A stretch of 32,000 nt of DNA, from NCBI RefSeq assembly GCF_003428155.1, contig NZ_QLIR01000001.1:1-32000 (forward strand), in the 5' to 3' direction. Origin of the DNA: Fastidiosibacter lacustris (GTDB lineage: Bacteria > Pseudomonadota > Gammaproteobacteria > Francisellales > Francisellaceae). Numbering within the stretch: the stretch's first letter is position 1; every line of letters starts with the position of its first letter. The position numbers were made by a program, and so were the translations under genes. The notes below the pieces were generated by a model that saw only the letters and a list, made by a program, of their open reading frames with translations, ran no database searches and was not told the origin of the DNA. Below are positions 31,015 to 32,000 of the stretch, piece by piece.

Positions 31015-32000
31015 ATGAATTATATTGAGGTTTTTCGCGATCCTAGGGTAGCAAACAAGCTGATTGAAAAAATCCAAAAAGTAGCATTACCAGATAGAGA
31101 ATATCATTTAATGGAGTTTTGTGGTGGACATACACATGCAATCCATCGTTATGGGATTGCTGGGCTTTTGCCAAGTAATGTACATATGATTCATGGACCT
31201 GGATGTCCTGTTTGCGTTTTACCTGTTTCACGTGTTGATCAGGCAATTTTTTTAGCCAGACAAGAGAATGTCATCTTTTGTAGTTATGCAGATATGTTAC
31301 GGGTACCAGGTACAAACCAAGATAGTCTGATAAAAGCAAAAGCACGTGGTGCAGATGTTCGTATGGTTTACTCTATTGAAGATGCAGTAAAACTTGCTAT
31401 TTCTCAGTCAAATAAAAAAGTCATTTTTTTTGCAATAGGTTTTGAGACAACAACACCGCCTACTGCTGTTGCAATTGATACAGCAAATAAATCTGATATA
31501 GGCAACTTTTATATATTTTGTAATCATGTATTAACACCAGTTGCAATGGAAGCGATTTTATCAGATGAAGTTAAAATCAATGGTTTTGTTGGTCCTTCAC
31601 ATGTGAGTATTGTTATTGGTAGTAATGCTTATCATTCTGTAGCAACGAAATATCACAAGCCTATAGTGATTGCAGGATTTGAACCTTTAGATGTATTGCA
31701 ATCGATCTTAATGTTGATAGAAATGATCAATAACAATGAAATTGGTGTAAAAAATCAATATATTCGCGCAGTAAGTGCAACGGGTAATGAATTTGCTCAA
31801 AGGCTTATTCATACTTATTTGGAATTATGCCCAACGTTTGAGTGGAGAGGATTAGGTTTTATCCCTAAAAGTGCTTTAAAAATTAAACAAGAATATGCAC
31901 GTTTTGATGCGGAAGTGGAATTTGCTATTCCTCAGGGTGTTGTAGGTATTGAGCACAAAGCATGTGCTTGTTCTGATATTTTAAGGGGTATAAAAAAGCC
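31015..32000 (+). CDS. hypD: Hydrogenase formation protein HypD, runs off the window
   Basis: MNYIEVFRDPRVANKLIEKIQKVALPDREYHLMEFCGGHTHAIHRYGI...GPGCPVCVLP. Absent from the ORF track because there is no stop in the window. Confidence 0.95.
   Translation, partial: MNYIEVFRDPRVANKLIEKIQKVALPDREYHLMEFCGGHTHAIHRYGIAGLLPSNVHMIHGPGCPVCVLPVSRVDQAIFLARQENVIFCSYADMLRVPGTNQDSLIKAKARGADVRMVYSIEDAVKLAISQSNKKVIFFAIGFETTTPPTAVAIDTANKSDIGNFYIFCNHVLTPVAMEAILSDEVKINGFVGPSHVSIVIGSNAYHSVATKYHKPIVIAGFEPLDVLQSILMLIEMINNNEIGVKNQYIRAVSATGNEFAQRLIHTYLELCPTFEWRGLGFIPKSALKIKQEYARFDAEVEFAIPQGVVGIEHKACACSDILRGIKK

Noticed and set aside
1-32000. CRISPR array, retron, or tandem repeat array
   Set aside because: Reading through the window showed no regularly spaced repeats, no reverse transcriptase motif, and no cas genes.

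Overview
This window has a low-GC chromosomal backbone, probably gammaproteobacterial, interrupted by a more GC-rich, all-plus-strand accessory block of about 12 kb (~7.9-19.96 kb). The block sits directly after the 3' end of the tmRNA gene (ssrA). Left backbone: decayed genes (IS5-like transposase edge, M24 aminopeptidase fragment, MFS fragment, 2OG-Fe oxygenase fragment, double-frameshifted panD), then cbpM-cbpA, bcp, yceD-rpmF-plsX-fabH and ssrA. Right backbone: sppA, aspS, an M52 hydrogenase maturation protease, pta-ackA and hypA-hypB-hypF-hypC-hypD. The accessory block is a tightly packed defence operon of HTH regulator, hsdM, hsdS, a 46-aa micro-ORF, a RloC/PrrC-like zinc-hook ATPase, an AlbA_2/Schlafen-type protein, a restriction-subunit chimera, a second RloC/PrrC-like ATPase and an SbcD'-RhuM' fusion. 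The main candidates for follow-up are: (1) a 542-aa protein that joins a type I HsdR N-terminal nuclease to a type III Res C-terminal nuclease with no helicase motor between them; (2) two zinc-hook ATPases in one operon, each with a C-terminal R-x3-E...H element, the second split at a G6 tract; (3) a coupled 46-aa micro-ORF joined by ATGA overlaps on both sides; (4) in-frame joins in hsdS, hsdR/res and sbcD/rhuM. Much of the operon may be decaying, or partly affected by assembly error, and I state this where it applies. All family calls are from recognised motifs and remembered family sequences; no database search was run.
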